From Ramazzottius varieornatus (Eukaryota > Animalia > Tardigrada): a DNA stretch of 64,000 bases. The stretch covers positions 879,226-943,225 of the forward strand of contig BDGG01000013.1 of assembly GCA_001949185.1 (NCBI GenBank). The letters are read 5' to 3'. Positions 38,020 through 51,842 of this stretch are shown here, one piece after another. Numbering within the stretch: the first letter of the stretch is position 1; each line of letters begins with the position of its first letter. The notes below the pieces were generated by a model. That model did no database searches. It was not told the DNA's origin and worked only from the letters and a program-made list of their open reading frames with translations. The translations under genes and the position numbers were made by a program.

Positions 38020-40804
38020 ATGTTAATATGGATAGTTAGCCTGAGTCTGGTGCTCGTCGCGTATTTCATCTTGTAAGTGATCGCAGTTTTTCGTCACGTA
38101 TCGAAAAGGAAAAACCGATGCATATTATGCGGTCGGGATAAGGTTGTCAAACGACTGGTTACAATTTTCAGTGCAGCCAAACTCAACCATGAATACTGGC
38201 GAAAGCGCGGTATACCTGGGCCTTACCCGATGCCCTTCGTTGGACAAATATGGCGGATCGGAAAGGTAAGTCGACTAAGAACACCGTGTCAGTATACGTA
38301 CAACCCACCACCCGGCTGACCGGAATTGTTTCCTGTTGCAGATGGGATTTGGGCAGTACGATGTTCATTACATGAAAAAGTTCGGTCGGCTGTTCGGGTA
38401 TCTATCAAGCTGTCGAACGCAGTGCTGAAATTACCCACTCTATCGTAGCAATTAACTAGCAAGTAATGAGAGCTCTTGGCAGATATCACGATCAGAAACC
38501 TGTACTCGTCGTGGCAGATCCGAGTATGCTGGAGAACATAATGGTAAAGGACTTCTCCACTTTCGTCAATCGCCGAGTAAGCTCTCGCATCTCAAACTGT
38601 TCTTAAGCCAAATTTGAGCCACCCTAAAATGACAATGTCATTTCGATCTCAATGAGCCCAGGATTTCGATCTCCATGGACCTATCCTGAACCTCGGCGTT
38701 TTTGCGCTGCGAGACCAGCATTGGAAGGTACTGCAGTCCAAACCGTAGTCTCATTTGCGCGAAATGCCTGTGGCAGAACGGACGCTTTTCTTACAGCATG
38801 TCCGGACAGTCATCGCGCCAGCCTTCAGCTCTGGAAAAATGAGACAGGTATTCATCCGGTCTTCCTAGACTTCTCCTGTTCCCGTTCCGCCGGACGAATA
38901 AGCTCAGCCTTCTGCACAGATGGAAGAGTTGATTGCTGACTGTTGTAAAACGATGGTCACACATTTGGACAAAGTGGCGAAAAAGAGAAGCGAGCTGGAT
39001 GTCGTAGAGTAAGTCTGTGCTCGCTTTCCCACAGCGTAGAAACTCAAGGTTCTTCGTCGTCAAGGTACTTCAAAGAGATATCCATGGACATCATCACTTC
39101 CACCTTCTTCGGCACAAAAGTGGATTCGCAGTCCAACCCGAATAACGAACTGGTCAAAAATGGGAGACAGATTTTCGAAACTTCTGCTCTGAACCCTGCA
39201 CTTCTGATCAGCTGTAAGTTCCACCTAAAAGATTGCAGAGTTGACTGGGCAAAGAATTTGTTTGTTGTAGTTTTGGCGCCACGTTTGATTCCACTGGCAA
39301 AGTGGATGGGCATACAGATGAGCCCCAAATAACCACTAAACTTTCTCATTTCGACCATGAAAGAAATCTTAGACATGCGCAAGTTTTCCGGGCAGGTATA
39401 CGAAAATACACGTTTTCCATTTACGCGGAAAAGTCGACCGACGTGTGTGCAACGACTGTGTGCTTTAGGTCCGCCGGGACTTCTTGCAATTGATGGTAAA
39501 GGCGCTTGATGAAACCGAAGCTTCCCAGCAGCAGAGTACAAAACAGTCAATGCGTCCCACCGATAATTTCCCGGAAGACGAGGAAGATGGTGCAGACGTT
39601 CTGTCTGGCGTCTTTTCTCCGGCCGAAATCTCCTCGCCATCGGATGAGACCCACAGCTCGCCCATTAACCGAGCACTATCTATTGACGTATGACTCTATT
39701 CTTCATTGCATATTGCCCAACTCAAAACCGATGGAACCTTGGAATTCTATAGGAAGTTTTGGCGCAGTCGATTATATTTTTCGTGGCCGGTTTCGAGGTA
39801 CCCTTCAGCTCTTGGACGTGATCTCGCGAACTTTCCAGTTTCGGTGATACCATTCGAAACTATCGTTACGAATGTTTACTTGATACTGTACAGACTTCGG
39901 CGACGACATTGACTTTCATGACATACCTGCTGGCCATTCACCCCGAAATCCAAGAAAAGTTACGCAAGGAGATCGACCAAGCCATCGGGAAGGACGTACC
40001 GCCCACTTACGACCTCATCTCCCGGATACCTTATTTGGACCAGTGCATCAACGAAACTCTACGAATGTATCCTCCAGCAACTCGTACGGAGCGGGAAAAC
40101 AGCGAAGAATGGACATATGGGAATTTGACGCTTGACAAGGGAACCATCATCGCCATCCCTATCTACGCAATCCAGCACGACTCCGAATACTGGCCTGAAC
40201 CTGACAGCTTCAACCCTGACCGGTTCTCGGAAGAGAACAAACACAAGATTGTTCCCTTCACCTTTCTACCGTTCGGACAAGGACCGCGTAACTGTGCCGG
40301 AATGAGGTGTGACTGGCGGACGATACATCCCGTTGTTAGACTAATCGTCAACATTTGTTTCCCAGGTTCGCCATATACGAAATTAAGATGGTATTGGTCA
40401 GTGTGCTGCAGAGATACCGTCTGGTAGCAACTCCTCGAACTGTAGGTCATGGGTACACGCACGAAGGGCAAGTTTGGAACAGTAAAAAGTTTAGAACAGG
40501 CAGAAAGACGAAAAACTCAAAATTCAACCATAGGAAATTGCTAAAAATGCATTGGTATGAATTGCCCACGACGGCCACGTACCTTCGTACTTTCGTTCCG
40601 CGGTTTTGGAATCACCTGATGCAAACTGTTTACTGCGCTAAACCTTCCCTTCGTGTATGTACTCAGTTTTGGTCCCTACTGCAACAGACACCGCACGAGC
40701 TCGTTCTTGCACTCTTGTTTACGTAGGCTGCACCAGTCACACAAGATGTTGGTCTCGCCGTTCCGAAACACCCCTTATGGCTCACAGTAGAACACCTTCG
40801 TTGA
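38020..40804 (+). pseudogene. Cytochrome P450 copy 4 with a premature stop
   Basis: Complete exon set similar to copy 2, but TAA at 39330-39332 (MSPK*PLNFL vs MSPKRPLNFL in copy 2). Last intron enlarged. Confidence 0.85.
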
Positions 40805-41107
40805 AAGCGGAGAATTTGTGGATACTCCCGGCTTTTACTGAACTTTCCCTGCACTTGCGATAGGGATTTCAGAGACATTTTGTCTGTAACTGTTTCGAGT
40901 ACAAAAGCAGTCAATTGCAAGCTGTAGTCTTGCGATTTTCCCCATAGGATATTCTTGCGCCACCGTCAACAGTAGCCCACATCATTTTGGCGCGTCTTTG
41001 AATATTCGATATTCAGGTTTGATTAGGCTAGCTCTTGTGATATCTATGTATTAGCTGCTGAGACTCAGACATAATATTATGCAAAGTAATTTTTTTCACG
41101 GCATAGA

Positions 41108-41281
41108 ACACTGCCTTTCACTCCGCGCACTACCTTTGACACTACCCTTTCACTCAGTGCACGGCCTGGTACGCTGCCTCTCACTCCGTGCACTACCTTT
41201 GACACTACCCTTTCACTCAGTGCACGGCCTGGTACGCTGCCTCTCACTCCGTGCACTACCTTTGACACTACCCTTTCACTC
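41108..41281. repeat. 63-bp tandem repeat, ~2.8 copies
   Basis: Unit acgctgcctctcactccgtgcactacctttgacactaccctttcactcagtgcacggcctggt starts at 41171 and 41234. Confidence 0.9.
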
Positions 41282-44200
41282 ATCGAGGGTGCGGTCCATA
41301 AACTCTCGGTATACGGGGAAGACGTCTTTACTCTCGGAAGAATTTCTTAGCCAACGGCGATGATAGTCAGATCGATCGAAGAGGCCTCCTGTAGTTGCAA
41401 GGGTCTGCCTAACAGCAAATATGTGGGAGCATCCAACAGCTAGCGTGCAGTTGAACGTACATTCGCATCTACCATCAGACGTTAGCATCACATCATACGC
41501 CTTTCCATGTAGGTCATTCGTAACAGTGTAAGAGTCATCGCCCCAGTTCCTAACCTTCAGATGGTCTTCCTTTGCGTGGAATCTTTTCATTTCTTTATGG
41601 AGGAGTCGCACTGCAAAGTCGGTTAGTGTTTGACCGGCCACATCGAAGAATGCCTGGTATTCTGGGAAGTACACCTGAAGGTGGGTAGTTTCTTGAAGGA
41701 ACTGAATGAAGGTCGATCTACACACTTTGGTGTCGAGAAGGTCGAGCAGGATTCGAACACATTCAGTAATATGGCGTGTAGTCCTCCGGCGGTCCCGCAT
41801 TACCTGCTAGTACTGCAGGTTGAACCGTTCAATTCGGTTATTCGTTGTGTTACCCAAAGCAGGCAGGTTCTTTCGATGATGNNNNNNNNNNNNNNNNNNN
41901 NNNNNNNNNNNNNNNNNNNNNNNNNNNNNNNGCAGTGTACAAGTTAGTGCCCGGAGTCAAAAGCAGTGTGGGAGGCAGTGCACCGAGTCACTACGAACAT
42001 TGAAAGATCGGTACTTGCACATTTTATTAGACTCGTAATGTTTGATCTGATTTTGCCGCAGTAAGGTCTAACCGATAACTGTGTACACGCATAACTGTGA
42101 CCGTCGAAGAATGCGGTCACTGGTGGCTGTTCACGTCTACAGTCCTACCTGTGAGATGTGACAATTGCTTCTTCTGCAACCGAACAGCGTTTGTGCACGA
42201 GACTGCTGGCCATGCACTACGCAGCACGATCAGCTGATCGACGTCCGGTTGTCTTTTGACTGGCTCAAGTAATCAAGCGCGCGCCTGGTCAGCTGATCGC
42301 TCTCATGCGAATAGCATCACGAGCAAATCCGTGCACACATGAACCGTCCGGAACTGATTTCGGGCGTTTGAACTGTCACATCTCACACGCAGGATTGTAT
42401 ATCAATCACCGTAACTCGGCCTTTTTTCTCAGGATGCGCATTCCGTTTTCCGCTCCGTTCCTAATATCGCCTGGAAAACTGGCATTCCTTTCCTTTCCGG
42501 CTGGTCTCGATTCGAAGCACTGGAATTCCGAATCGGAGTACAATCCCAGACCGGAATTCATCTGGGTATGTCCATATGAGAATGCGTCCGAATACTGTCA
42601 GACCTAATTGTTCAGAAGATCGTGCCGAAGTTTCTGCACCCTCAGACCAAATTCAAACGCGACTTTTACCTACAATAAACAAACTCTAGGGAACTCAAAT
42701 CCGGAGTCAGATTTAACTTCCGACCACAGGTCAGAGAGTTACAAAGGAACAGATGAGAGCGTTGAAAACCTGTGCGCTGCACGGATCATTACGCACAACG
42801 GTCTTGTGTGCTGTGTGCTCTGATGTTTAATCGGTCAATCTAATGCAGAAACTGATACGAGTATGTGGACCGGAATTGATCGCTAGTGCACGTCTCCAGC
42901 TGAAGCACGTTGCAAACCCCTGCATTTTCTGAGTTGTAACGCCATAACTTTCGCCGTCCGTTCCGGTCCGATTACCGCGGCAAATTGCGGCAAATGGAAT
43001 CTTTGGTGCAGTTCGATATTTCCCAAAACATGATGTCACAAAAGTCAGGTCCGAAGCCAAAACACTTTAGACGCATTCTCATATGGAGATACCCATCTCG
43101 TCGAACGTCGGTTTGTCGCGATTTGTCCCGAAAACTGGTACTGTAATGCTTCATTAACTTCGCGAAGTGATGTCTTATTAAGCGTATGCTGTATGCATCA
43201 TCTTATCCGTAAACTCTGCGCGTACTGTGACATCACTTCTCGAAGTTCATGAAGTCTCACAGTAGCACTTTTCGTGACAACCGGCACACTTCCATTCACT
43301 GTTCGGGAGCTCGGCAAGCAAACTCGACGGGGTCCTTTTCCAAGTGGCGCAGATTCTTCATGTGACTGGCAGAAGGCGTTGCACCACTTGGAAAACCATC
43401 GTGCTGAGGTTGTCAGCCGCGGCCAAGCCAAGCTTCTGACTGGTTTTTCGCCTTCTGTACTGTAGTTTCGGAACTCCGATCTTTAATCTGGCCATTTTGG
43501 ATAACGTAAAATAGGAGCGGAGCGGAGTAGCACAGAATCACATGATTTTATACCATGTCAAATTCTATGCATAAATGGTTTCGCTCGTCCGCGTGAAAAC
43601 ATAGCATAAGGAACCGGAAATACGCGAGTTCTGCGGGGTAGATTTCCCGCTTTGAGTCGGGAACGTGGCTACGCATTCAAAATTTTTCTTTCGTTTCACT
43701 CTTTAGATCTTCCGCATTTGTTCTCTTCTTCGATTGTTGTTCAGCTATGGCTCAACGACGTAAGCTCATGAGACTCTTGGCTAGCGGCGTAGCGGTTGGA
43801 TTGCTGAAGTTTCCATTGAAAGCTCGTGCTCGAAACAAATTTAACTTCCGCTTCTCTTCGACCACGCGGGATGGGCTTGTTCATCAAGGAGTCTTGATGA
43901 ACGCTGCCTCTCACTCCGTGCACTACCTTTGACACTACCCTTTCACTCATCGAGGGTGCGGTCCATAAACTCTCGGTATACGGGGAAGACGTCTTTACTC
44001 TCGGAAGAATTTCTTAGCCAACGGCGATGATAGTCAGATCGATCGAAGAGGCCTCCTGTAGTTGCAAGGGTCTGCCTAACAGCAAATATGTGGGAGCATC
44101 CAACAGCTAGCGTGCAGTTGAACGTACATTCGCATCTACCATCAGACGTTAGCATCACATCATACGCCTTTCCATGTAGGTCATTCGTAACAGTGTAAGA

Positions 44201-47200
44201 GTCATCGCCCCAGTTCCTAACCTTCAGATGGTCTTCCTTTGCGTGGAATCTTTTCATTTCTTTATGGAGGAGTCGCACTGCAAAGTCGGTTAGTGTTTGA
44301 CCGGCCACATCGAAGAATGCCTGGTATTCTGGGAAGTACACCTGAAGGTGGGTAGTTTCTTGAAGGAACTGAATGAAGGTCGATCTACACACTTTGGTGT
44401 CGAGAAGGTCGAGCAGGATTCGAACACATTCAGTAATATGGCGTGTAGTCCTCCGGCGGTCCCGCATTACCTGCTAGTACTGCAGGTTGAACCGTTCAAT
44501 TCGGTTATTCGTTGTGTTACCCAAAGCAGGCAGGTTCTTTCGATGATGCATCACCCACTTGTCCGCTATGGGGTACCAGTTATCTCGGAAGTATTCGTTG
44601 AGGTGATCTGGGCAAACCTCTATCAACTCCCTCCACTTCGCTTCGAAAGCAGCTCTAGTGAAGGTATACAGGGCACGGCGGAATGCCGTCAAAATTTCTT
44701 GTTTATAGGCTACCAGGGGATCACTTCGCGCCACACGTGTCTTAACCACTTTAATGACGTGAAATACACAGAGTAGCCGACGCACGGGAAATTCTTCTTC
44801 TGCTAGCTTGAGCTTAACAAAATCCTTGTCCAACATCATCACACATAGAGATCTCCAGTCCCCGTGAGCAAGCTTAAACTGCTGTAGAAATATGCGAGTG
44901 TTCCCTTCCTTTTCCGATGCCACCCAGCACGCAGCTGCTACTTGCGAAACTCCGTTGCCATCTTGAACTAGGGCTAGCTACATCGCGTAGTTCTGTTTAT
45001 TTACCCGATACGTCGCATCATTAAACAAGATCTCCGGATTCTCCCGGAAAAAGATGATCATCTCAGATGTAATGATGACGATAAACTGAGTAGACTTTTC
45101 TTCCGATGTCTCTACATTTATTAAGCAATGTGGGTCTTTCTGCCTAATTTCCTCCAGAAGCTTCGCGATGTTGTCACCTTCCGTGGGTCCGCTGTTCAAC
45201 TTCCTGTCCAGTACGGCCTTTAGGTTGTGAAGGTCTTTTTCCCGGAGTGGCTTCTTTGTTCGGATGCGTAGTGCTGCACTCCGTTACGGACTAACTCGTC
45301 AGCTTGAACCTTTTCTTCGTTGTTCAAAAGGCGGTTCTCGCGTTCATGGTCATAGTTGTCCTTAGATATTTCATGGTTATGCTGTCCACTGTTAGGCGTA
45401 ATTTTTCCATCTGCTTTACTTCCAGATATACTGAAAGCTACGGGACATTTGATCTTCCTCGTATGGGTTGTTTCTCGTACACCAGTCCCATGATGGCGTC
45501 GAAGACCTCCATGAACACATCGATAAAATCGTTGGGCATAGATTGCTGAGTTGCAGTTTTCGATAGATTTGGCTGTCTTTCTAGGATCATCGCTTACTGT
45601 AGGTCTAAGTTTCCTGGATCGCCTCACGCTGCAGACTTGCAAAAATCGCATTCTGATAAGCCTTCAAGGCGACTTCAGAGGCAGCGTACGAGTTGAATGC
45701 ATCACCGTCTCTCATTCTTGATACCTGGTCGAGTAAAGAAACGGAATCCAAACTTGCTTGAAGACCTAATATCCAGCCTACACACTGATTTTTCAACTGG
45801 AAAGTAACGGTGGAAACAGGCACTTCTCAAAAGCAGTGCCCGCAGGTAAAGAACCGTGACAAAAGCAGCGCACGTAGCATAAAGGTCGTGTCGAAACCGT
45901 GCACCAAGTTAAAGGGCAGTGTACAAGTTAGTGCCCGGAGTCAAAAGCAGTGTGGGAGGCAGTGCACCGAGTCACTACGAACATTGAAAGATCGGTACTT
46001 GCACATTTTATTAGACTCGTAATGTTTGATCTGATTTTGCCGCAGTAAGGTCTAACCGATAACTGTGTACACGCATAACTGTGACCGTCGAAGAATGCGG
46101 TCACTGGTGGCTGTTCACGTCTACAGTCCTACCTGTGAGATGTGACAATTGCTTCTTCTGCAACCGAACAGCGTTTGTGCACGAGACTGCTGGCCATGCA
46201 CTACGCAGCACGATCAGCTGATCGACGTCCGGTTGTCTTTTGACTGGCTCAAGTAATCAAGCGCGCGCCTGGTCAGCTGATCGCTCTCATGCGAATAGCA
46301 TCACGAGCAAATCCGTGCACACATGAACCGTCCGGAACTGATTTCGGGCGTTTGAACTGTCACATCTCACACGCAGGATTGTATATCAATCACCGTAACT
46401 CGGCCTTTTTTCTCAGGATGCGCATTCCGTTTTCCGCTCCGTTCCTAATATCGCCTGGAAAACTGGCATTCCTTTCCTTTCCGGCTGGTCTCGATTCGAA
46501 GCACTGGAATTCCGAATCGGAGTACAATCCCAGACCGGAATTCATCTGGGTATGTCCATATGAGAATGCGTCCGAATACTGTCAGACCTAATTGTTCAGA
46601 AGATCGTGCCGAAGTTTCTGCACCCTCAGACCAAATTCAAACGCGACTTTTACCTACAATAAACAAACTCTAGGGAACTCAAATCCGGAGTCAGATTTAA
46701 CTTCCGACCACAGGTCAGAGAGTTACAAAGGAACAGATGAGAGCGTTGAAAACCTGTGCGNNNNNNNNNNNNNNNNNNNNNNNNNNNNNNNNNNNNNNNN
46801 NNNNNNNNNNTGTGACATCACTTCTCGAAGTTCATGAAGTCTCACAGTAGCACTTTTCGTGACAACCGGCACACTTCCATTCACTGTTCGGGAGCTCGGC
46901 AAGCAAACTCGACGGGGTCCTTTTCCAAGTGGCGCAGATTCTTCATGTGACTGGCAGAAGGCGTTGCACCACTTGGAAAACCATCGTGCTGAGGTTGTCA
47001 GCCGCGGCCAAGCCAAGCTTCTGACTGGTTTTTCGCCTTCTGTACTGTAGTTTCGGAACTCCGATCTTTAATCTGGCCATTTTGGATAACGTAAAATAGG
47101 AGCGGAGCGGAGTAGCACAGAATCACATGATTTTATACCATGTCAAATTCTATGCATAAATGGTTTCGCTCGTCCGCGTGAAAACATAGCATAAGGAACC

Positions 47201-47480
47201 GGAAATACGCGAGTTCTGCGGGGTAGATTTCCCGCTTTGAGTCGGGAACGTGGCTACGCATTCAAAATTTTTCTTTCGTTTCACTCTTTAGATCTTCCGC
47301 ATTTGTTCTCTTCTTCGATTGTTGTTCAGCTATGGCTCAACGACGTAAGCTCATGAGACTCTTGGCTAGCGGCGTAGCGGTTGGATTGCTGAAGTTTCCA
47401 TTGAAAGCTCGTGCTCGAAACAAATTTAACTTCCGCTTCTCTTCGACCACGCGGGATGGGCTTGTTCATCAAGGAGTCTT
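41234..47480. repeat. Near-identical ~4-kb tandem duplication containing the MULE
   Basis: 41276-41881 = 43943-44548, 41932-42779 = 45916-46760, 43227-43897 = 46811-47481; each copy contains an N gap. Confidence 0.85.
43943..45720 (-). mobile_element. Mutator-like (MULE) transposase with SWIM finger, degenerate
   Basis: KCPV...HNHE, LFNDATYRVNK, MMLDKD...LLCVFHVIK, GNTTNNRIERFN, SWIM CECTFNCTLAVGCSH. Stops and frameshifts; partial second copy at 41276-41881. Confidence 0.88.
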
Positions 47481-47735
47481 GGTCGTCCAACATCTTATCT
47501 ACCTTCAGCTGAGAGCTTCGTGCTTGTTCCGTAATCCCCCCTTCTGATCTCTCATTGCCTTTGCTGTCTCGTCCCACACCTTGAGCCGCGCAGCGTTACT
47601 CGCGAACTGGTAAGGGTTGTCAGCTGCAACCAGACCTAACAGGGCAATTAGATGGCGCGGGTTGTAGGTGCACCTTTCCTTCTTGCTCCGTTGGGACTTC
47701 TCAGGCTCCTTCTGGCTTCCCCCATCTTCTGACAT
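47326..47735 (-). mobile_element. Myb/SANT-like DNA-binding ORF remnant (transposon accessory type)
   Basis: RCTYNPRHLIALLGLVAADNPYQ...LKVWDETAKAM resembles Myb/SANT-like proteins of Harbinger-type elements; frameshifted. Confidence 0.4.
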
Positions 47736-48919
47736 TTCTGAGGACAGTGAATATCAACGATATCAGGTAGCTCAAAGGTATCGTAGTGAGAAACACCACC
47801 GGAAACACAGCAAGTCGGAAATATATTTTCGAAAATTGAAATTTGGAATTTCAAACTTAACAGGTCAACCGGGCAATCAACTCAGGTTGTACAGAATTAG
47901 AAATTCTATGCACAGATATCAGGAACAACATAAGCCGCGGATATCTGCACAGCATAATAAGTCTTATACATATGCTGTGATGGCCTTATGTTTGACGAGC
48001 GAAAAGCATCTAATGACTGGCGATAGAAAGCTTACATGTCGGCAAGGTACCGTGCGAGTATCGTACAAAACACAATGAATGCAGCGAGGGTGGGCGGACA
48101 AAACGCGAGCAGATCGTCAGCATGAAGAATAATCAAATTGAGTCAGAGAGGCAATTTTGCCGGCCGACAAGGTTGTAGGGTTAACATGGGCACATCAGAA
48201 CGTATCATATCGCAAAGTACTAGGCTATGAGAGTACGTACATAACGTTAATATAAGATAAGCACGCTTACTGTATTTATCAATGGCTAAATAGTGAGTTC
48301 ACTGCATTGAAAGGATACAGATTTTCCGGTCAATCAATGGGGACCAAAATCAAGGGCAAAACTCGAACTACAAAAGTCGGCTCGAGCCAATCAAGGGCGA
48401 ACCTTCGATCAACGACAACAACTCCGCCCTGAGAAACAAACAGTAATTAGCGTGTTGCTCTATGCTTGATTGTGACTGATTTTTCTCCACTGTACGGTAC
48501 ACGCGAAAATTAACCGTTGAAAGTGGGCTTTGGATGGAGCCAGATGGGAATAGCCAATGAAGTTTCCTCGTTATCAAGCCATAGCGGTCATTGGTTAGAC
48601 CACAATCAAGCTCCAGCTCGAGTGTTACGCCCATTATTGACGATTAATTTTCGAGTGCATTGTATCAACGTCCCTACACAGAGCCCTGCACACAGTGTTG
48701 TTCCGATACGACTTTTGCAGTTCAAGTTACAATTACGATTAATCGAAATCCTTCGCGTGGCCGTAAATCGAACTGCTGGTAGTTCGTCGTTACTGAACTG
48801 ACGATTACGATTAATTGGAATCCAGCTTTCGACAGCAATTTAAACTATTTGAATTACTAGGACGACATTTTGTAATTTCAGTATAGTATGCCCGTAAAGC
48901 TGTTACTCCAGTCGCAATA

Positions 48920-50590
48920 TTAACGAGCGTTTGGAGTGCGCGTCCGTGGTGCTACATCGATCATGCAGCGCCCGAGGCATCTTATCCTGGTGCGCAGATC
49001 AATTCTGGCACGGGTTCGTCCGGCGCTATCACATAGTGGTATGATCAGCCTTTTCGCATCAGAGGCGATTCTTACCAGCTTGAACTTCCCGAGGAACTTG
49101 ACCACTTCTTTCAACACGCGCTATTCTCCTTCAGTCAGATTGTCGGCTTTCACGATCTTTTCCACCACAATCATCGACTCGACTGCAGCCTGCACTCTGA
49201 CCAGTCCCTCAGTCATCATCAAAGTGCTCAACCACCGACTCTTATTCTCCGCAATTAGCTTCACGCCCGTACGACGTATTAGCTCGGGTGTTGCAATGCT
49301 CGACAAATTGAAATTCGTGACAAGAATGCGTACTTTCGTTATTACTGCTCTGATTGGGTCTTGCTACATCTCTATCTATCCTTGAACAGCATTACTATAA
49401 GCTTTAACGTATGTATGAAACATGGATATCGCTTGTAGTCTTCAAACAAGCTCTCGGCTTCCACCTCGAACTTCTCGAACGCCTCACTGTTTTCGCCGCT
49501 TCCTCGTCATCCTCCAGTGGGTCGTCCTCGTCCATCGTGCACTGCAGCACAGCCTCTTCGATTGCTTTGAGCTCATCCGCCTCGGTGACATACTGGTCAA
49601 GGTTCGCGTCGTCCATCTTGAACGCGGCCACCATATTCGAAGCATTGTCGGTCTGGACGGTCGACACGTTCTGCGGCTTGATGCCCCAGTTGGTCAGCTC
49701 TTGTTTGGACAACACTTAGATGTTTCCTGCCGAGTGGCGAGACAGCAATGACACACAGCTGAGTGTGATGTGATGTCTGACAAAATTCTTCCTGTTGGTG
49801 AAGTGTGCGGTGATCCGAGGAATGTTTCTGTCATACCCTTCTTGGTCCGGATATCTACGAGGACTAAACAGATTGGAAATCCAACATTTGAAATTCCAAA
49901 AAAACGAAAGTAAAACCTGAAGCTCACCCGTAGCGAGGTAGAGTTGGCCGGAATCCTTAAGCAGATCTTTAACGGTTTCTCGAAGTCGCTTCTCAGTTGA
50001 GTCTGTGAAGCCGCGTACAGTCCTGCGTGTTGGTAAAGGCGCTCGGTAGTCCAGATAATGGATCAAGTCGTGGAAGCTTTCGTTTTCGACCCCATTCAGC
50101 TTCATGGATGGTGACTGCAGAACATGAAGAGCAAATTTTTAGAGTGTACTGTCGTGCCTGCAAACAATGATCAGAAATCAGATTTTGCAAATCGGAGTGG
50201 CCGAATCAGTCGGTCAATCAATTTACCATGGATGGTTTTTATCGTACGGCTTTCTTGATTGAACCATCTCTTCGAGCGTTATTTGTTTGAAGGGAAGGCC
50301 CGAAACGGAATCCTTCTGCTTTTCAACTTTCTGTTTTGCCAACAGTTCCGGGTATTCCTTGTAGGCTGCTGGATGCTTCTGCAGATGAACTCAGATGAAC
50401 TGTTTTTTTCCTGCAGAGCAGCCGGTAAGCCGTTACGAGCAGCCCACAACCCTGCCCGTCGAATGATCGCCTTCTTCATTATATTTGGAGAAATTCCAAA
50501 CTGGCGAGTCCTTCTTCCTTCCCCCTGCGAACTGCTCGTTGTGTTTTTTCGTAAACAAAATCACGGTTAGCTTCTGACACCAGAACGGAG
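48920..50590 (-). mobile_element. hAT (Ac-type, BED finger) transposase remnant
   Basis: VENESFHDLI..LPTRRTV, LAT|DIRTKKGMTETFL, VQTDNASNMVAAF, CFIHTL, SRWLSTLMM. Frameshifted and 3'-truncated; cgattaa repeats at 48640-48820. Confidence 0.82.
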
Positions 50591-51054
50591 CCGCCATCTA
50601 GGTGAACGAGACGGGATCGGCAGAGAGCTACGGAAAAGATTGTGGTTCTGAGAAAGGTGTTCGGATATCTGGGCTTCAACATGAAATGAAGGCAATCAAG
50701 CAATCATCAAAAGAAAGCTTGGAAACGAAGTTGAGTTGATCAAAGCGATCGGCTGAAAATTTGAATGATTGATCGGTAAGATGGGTGTGCACACCCGATG
50801 GGCACAGATATGCATTTCAGTGGACTCAGCGTACATACGGCAGCGTAAACAGATGCGCCCAGACGGCACACTACTCCGAATCGACGTTTTTTTTCATGGG
50901 ATACAACACCCAAGTCTCGGGGGTGCTAGCCGCGGAAAGTCATAAAATCATACTCCTTTTCTGACTGACATTTAACCGAACTCTTCAACACACCGTTCTG
51001 TACAGTACTAGCCCGTTATCGACTTCGGATTTCGCTGGACCAGGACCATACGTA

Positions 51055-51794
51055 CAGGGCGCTCGCACCCACTTGCTACCACCTGTTACTTCCACGAGGA
51101 AAAAATCAGATTGCTCCTTTTCCGCCTGTTCTTCCACACTATCCATACAACTTTCCAGATTGTTTCGGTTGAGCTATAAGCCGTTTTATGATAATGAACA
51201 GCAGCTTGAAAAATTTGACTAGTGTGACTTCCGGTGGGGAAGACGTATCCTGACGACCAAAACTGTTGTCCACAGGACCACATGTTAGAGTTTCAATCCG
51301 ACATCTGCTATCAGCAGGCCAACAACTGTCTTGTTTGCACGTTAAAACTAAAAAGATCCAAGGAAACATCAAGATAACCCAGTAAATGATTGTAAACAGC
51401 AAATTCTGCCATTTTGCCGGGAAACCTTGCTCTATGAAAAAAATTCCCGCTTTTGACCTGATCGGCAGGTTCATGGTTTCGAACACTTTCCGAGGAACCC
51501 AACTCGTGGTCTAACTGTTTTAAATCGCAGTGCCACATGAATTGAACGGAAAACTGAAAAAATAATTTTTGAAAACGGCCCCGAAAAATGTGAAAGTTGA
51601 CAGAATTTTGGCTTCTCTCCTCCTTTAGCTTAATGTCAGCTACAACTCCTCCGGAAACGATTTCTGGTCGGTAGTTTTGTACGATGTTGCAATCAGGATT
51701 TCAGATCAGGAAAAACTAGTTTGGAAGTTGAGTAATGATCCAATCGAAAAAGCCATGCTTTCATGGGTGGTAGCAAGTTGGTCCGAGCGCCCTG
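51055..51794. mobile_element. Non-autonomous Tc1/mariner-type element
   Basis: TIR cagggcgctcgcacccacttgctaccacc / ggtggtagcaagttggtccgagcgccctg with TA on both sides. Confidence 0.85.
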
Positions 51795-51842
51795 TATACC
51801 AGTCTACTTTGACTTCAGACCTCCCTAAGAAATTACTACGTA

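Noticed and set aside
35366-39640. Long antisense ORFs (e.g. 35366-35842, 39044-39640)
   Set aside because: Shadows of CYP exons on the opposite strand.
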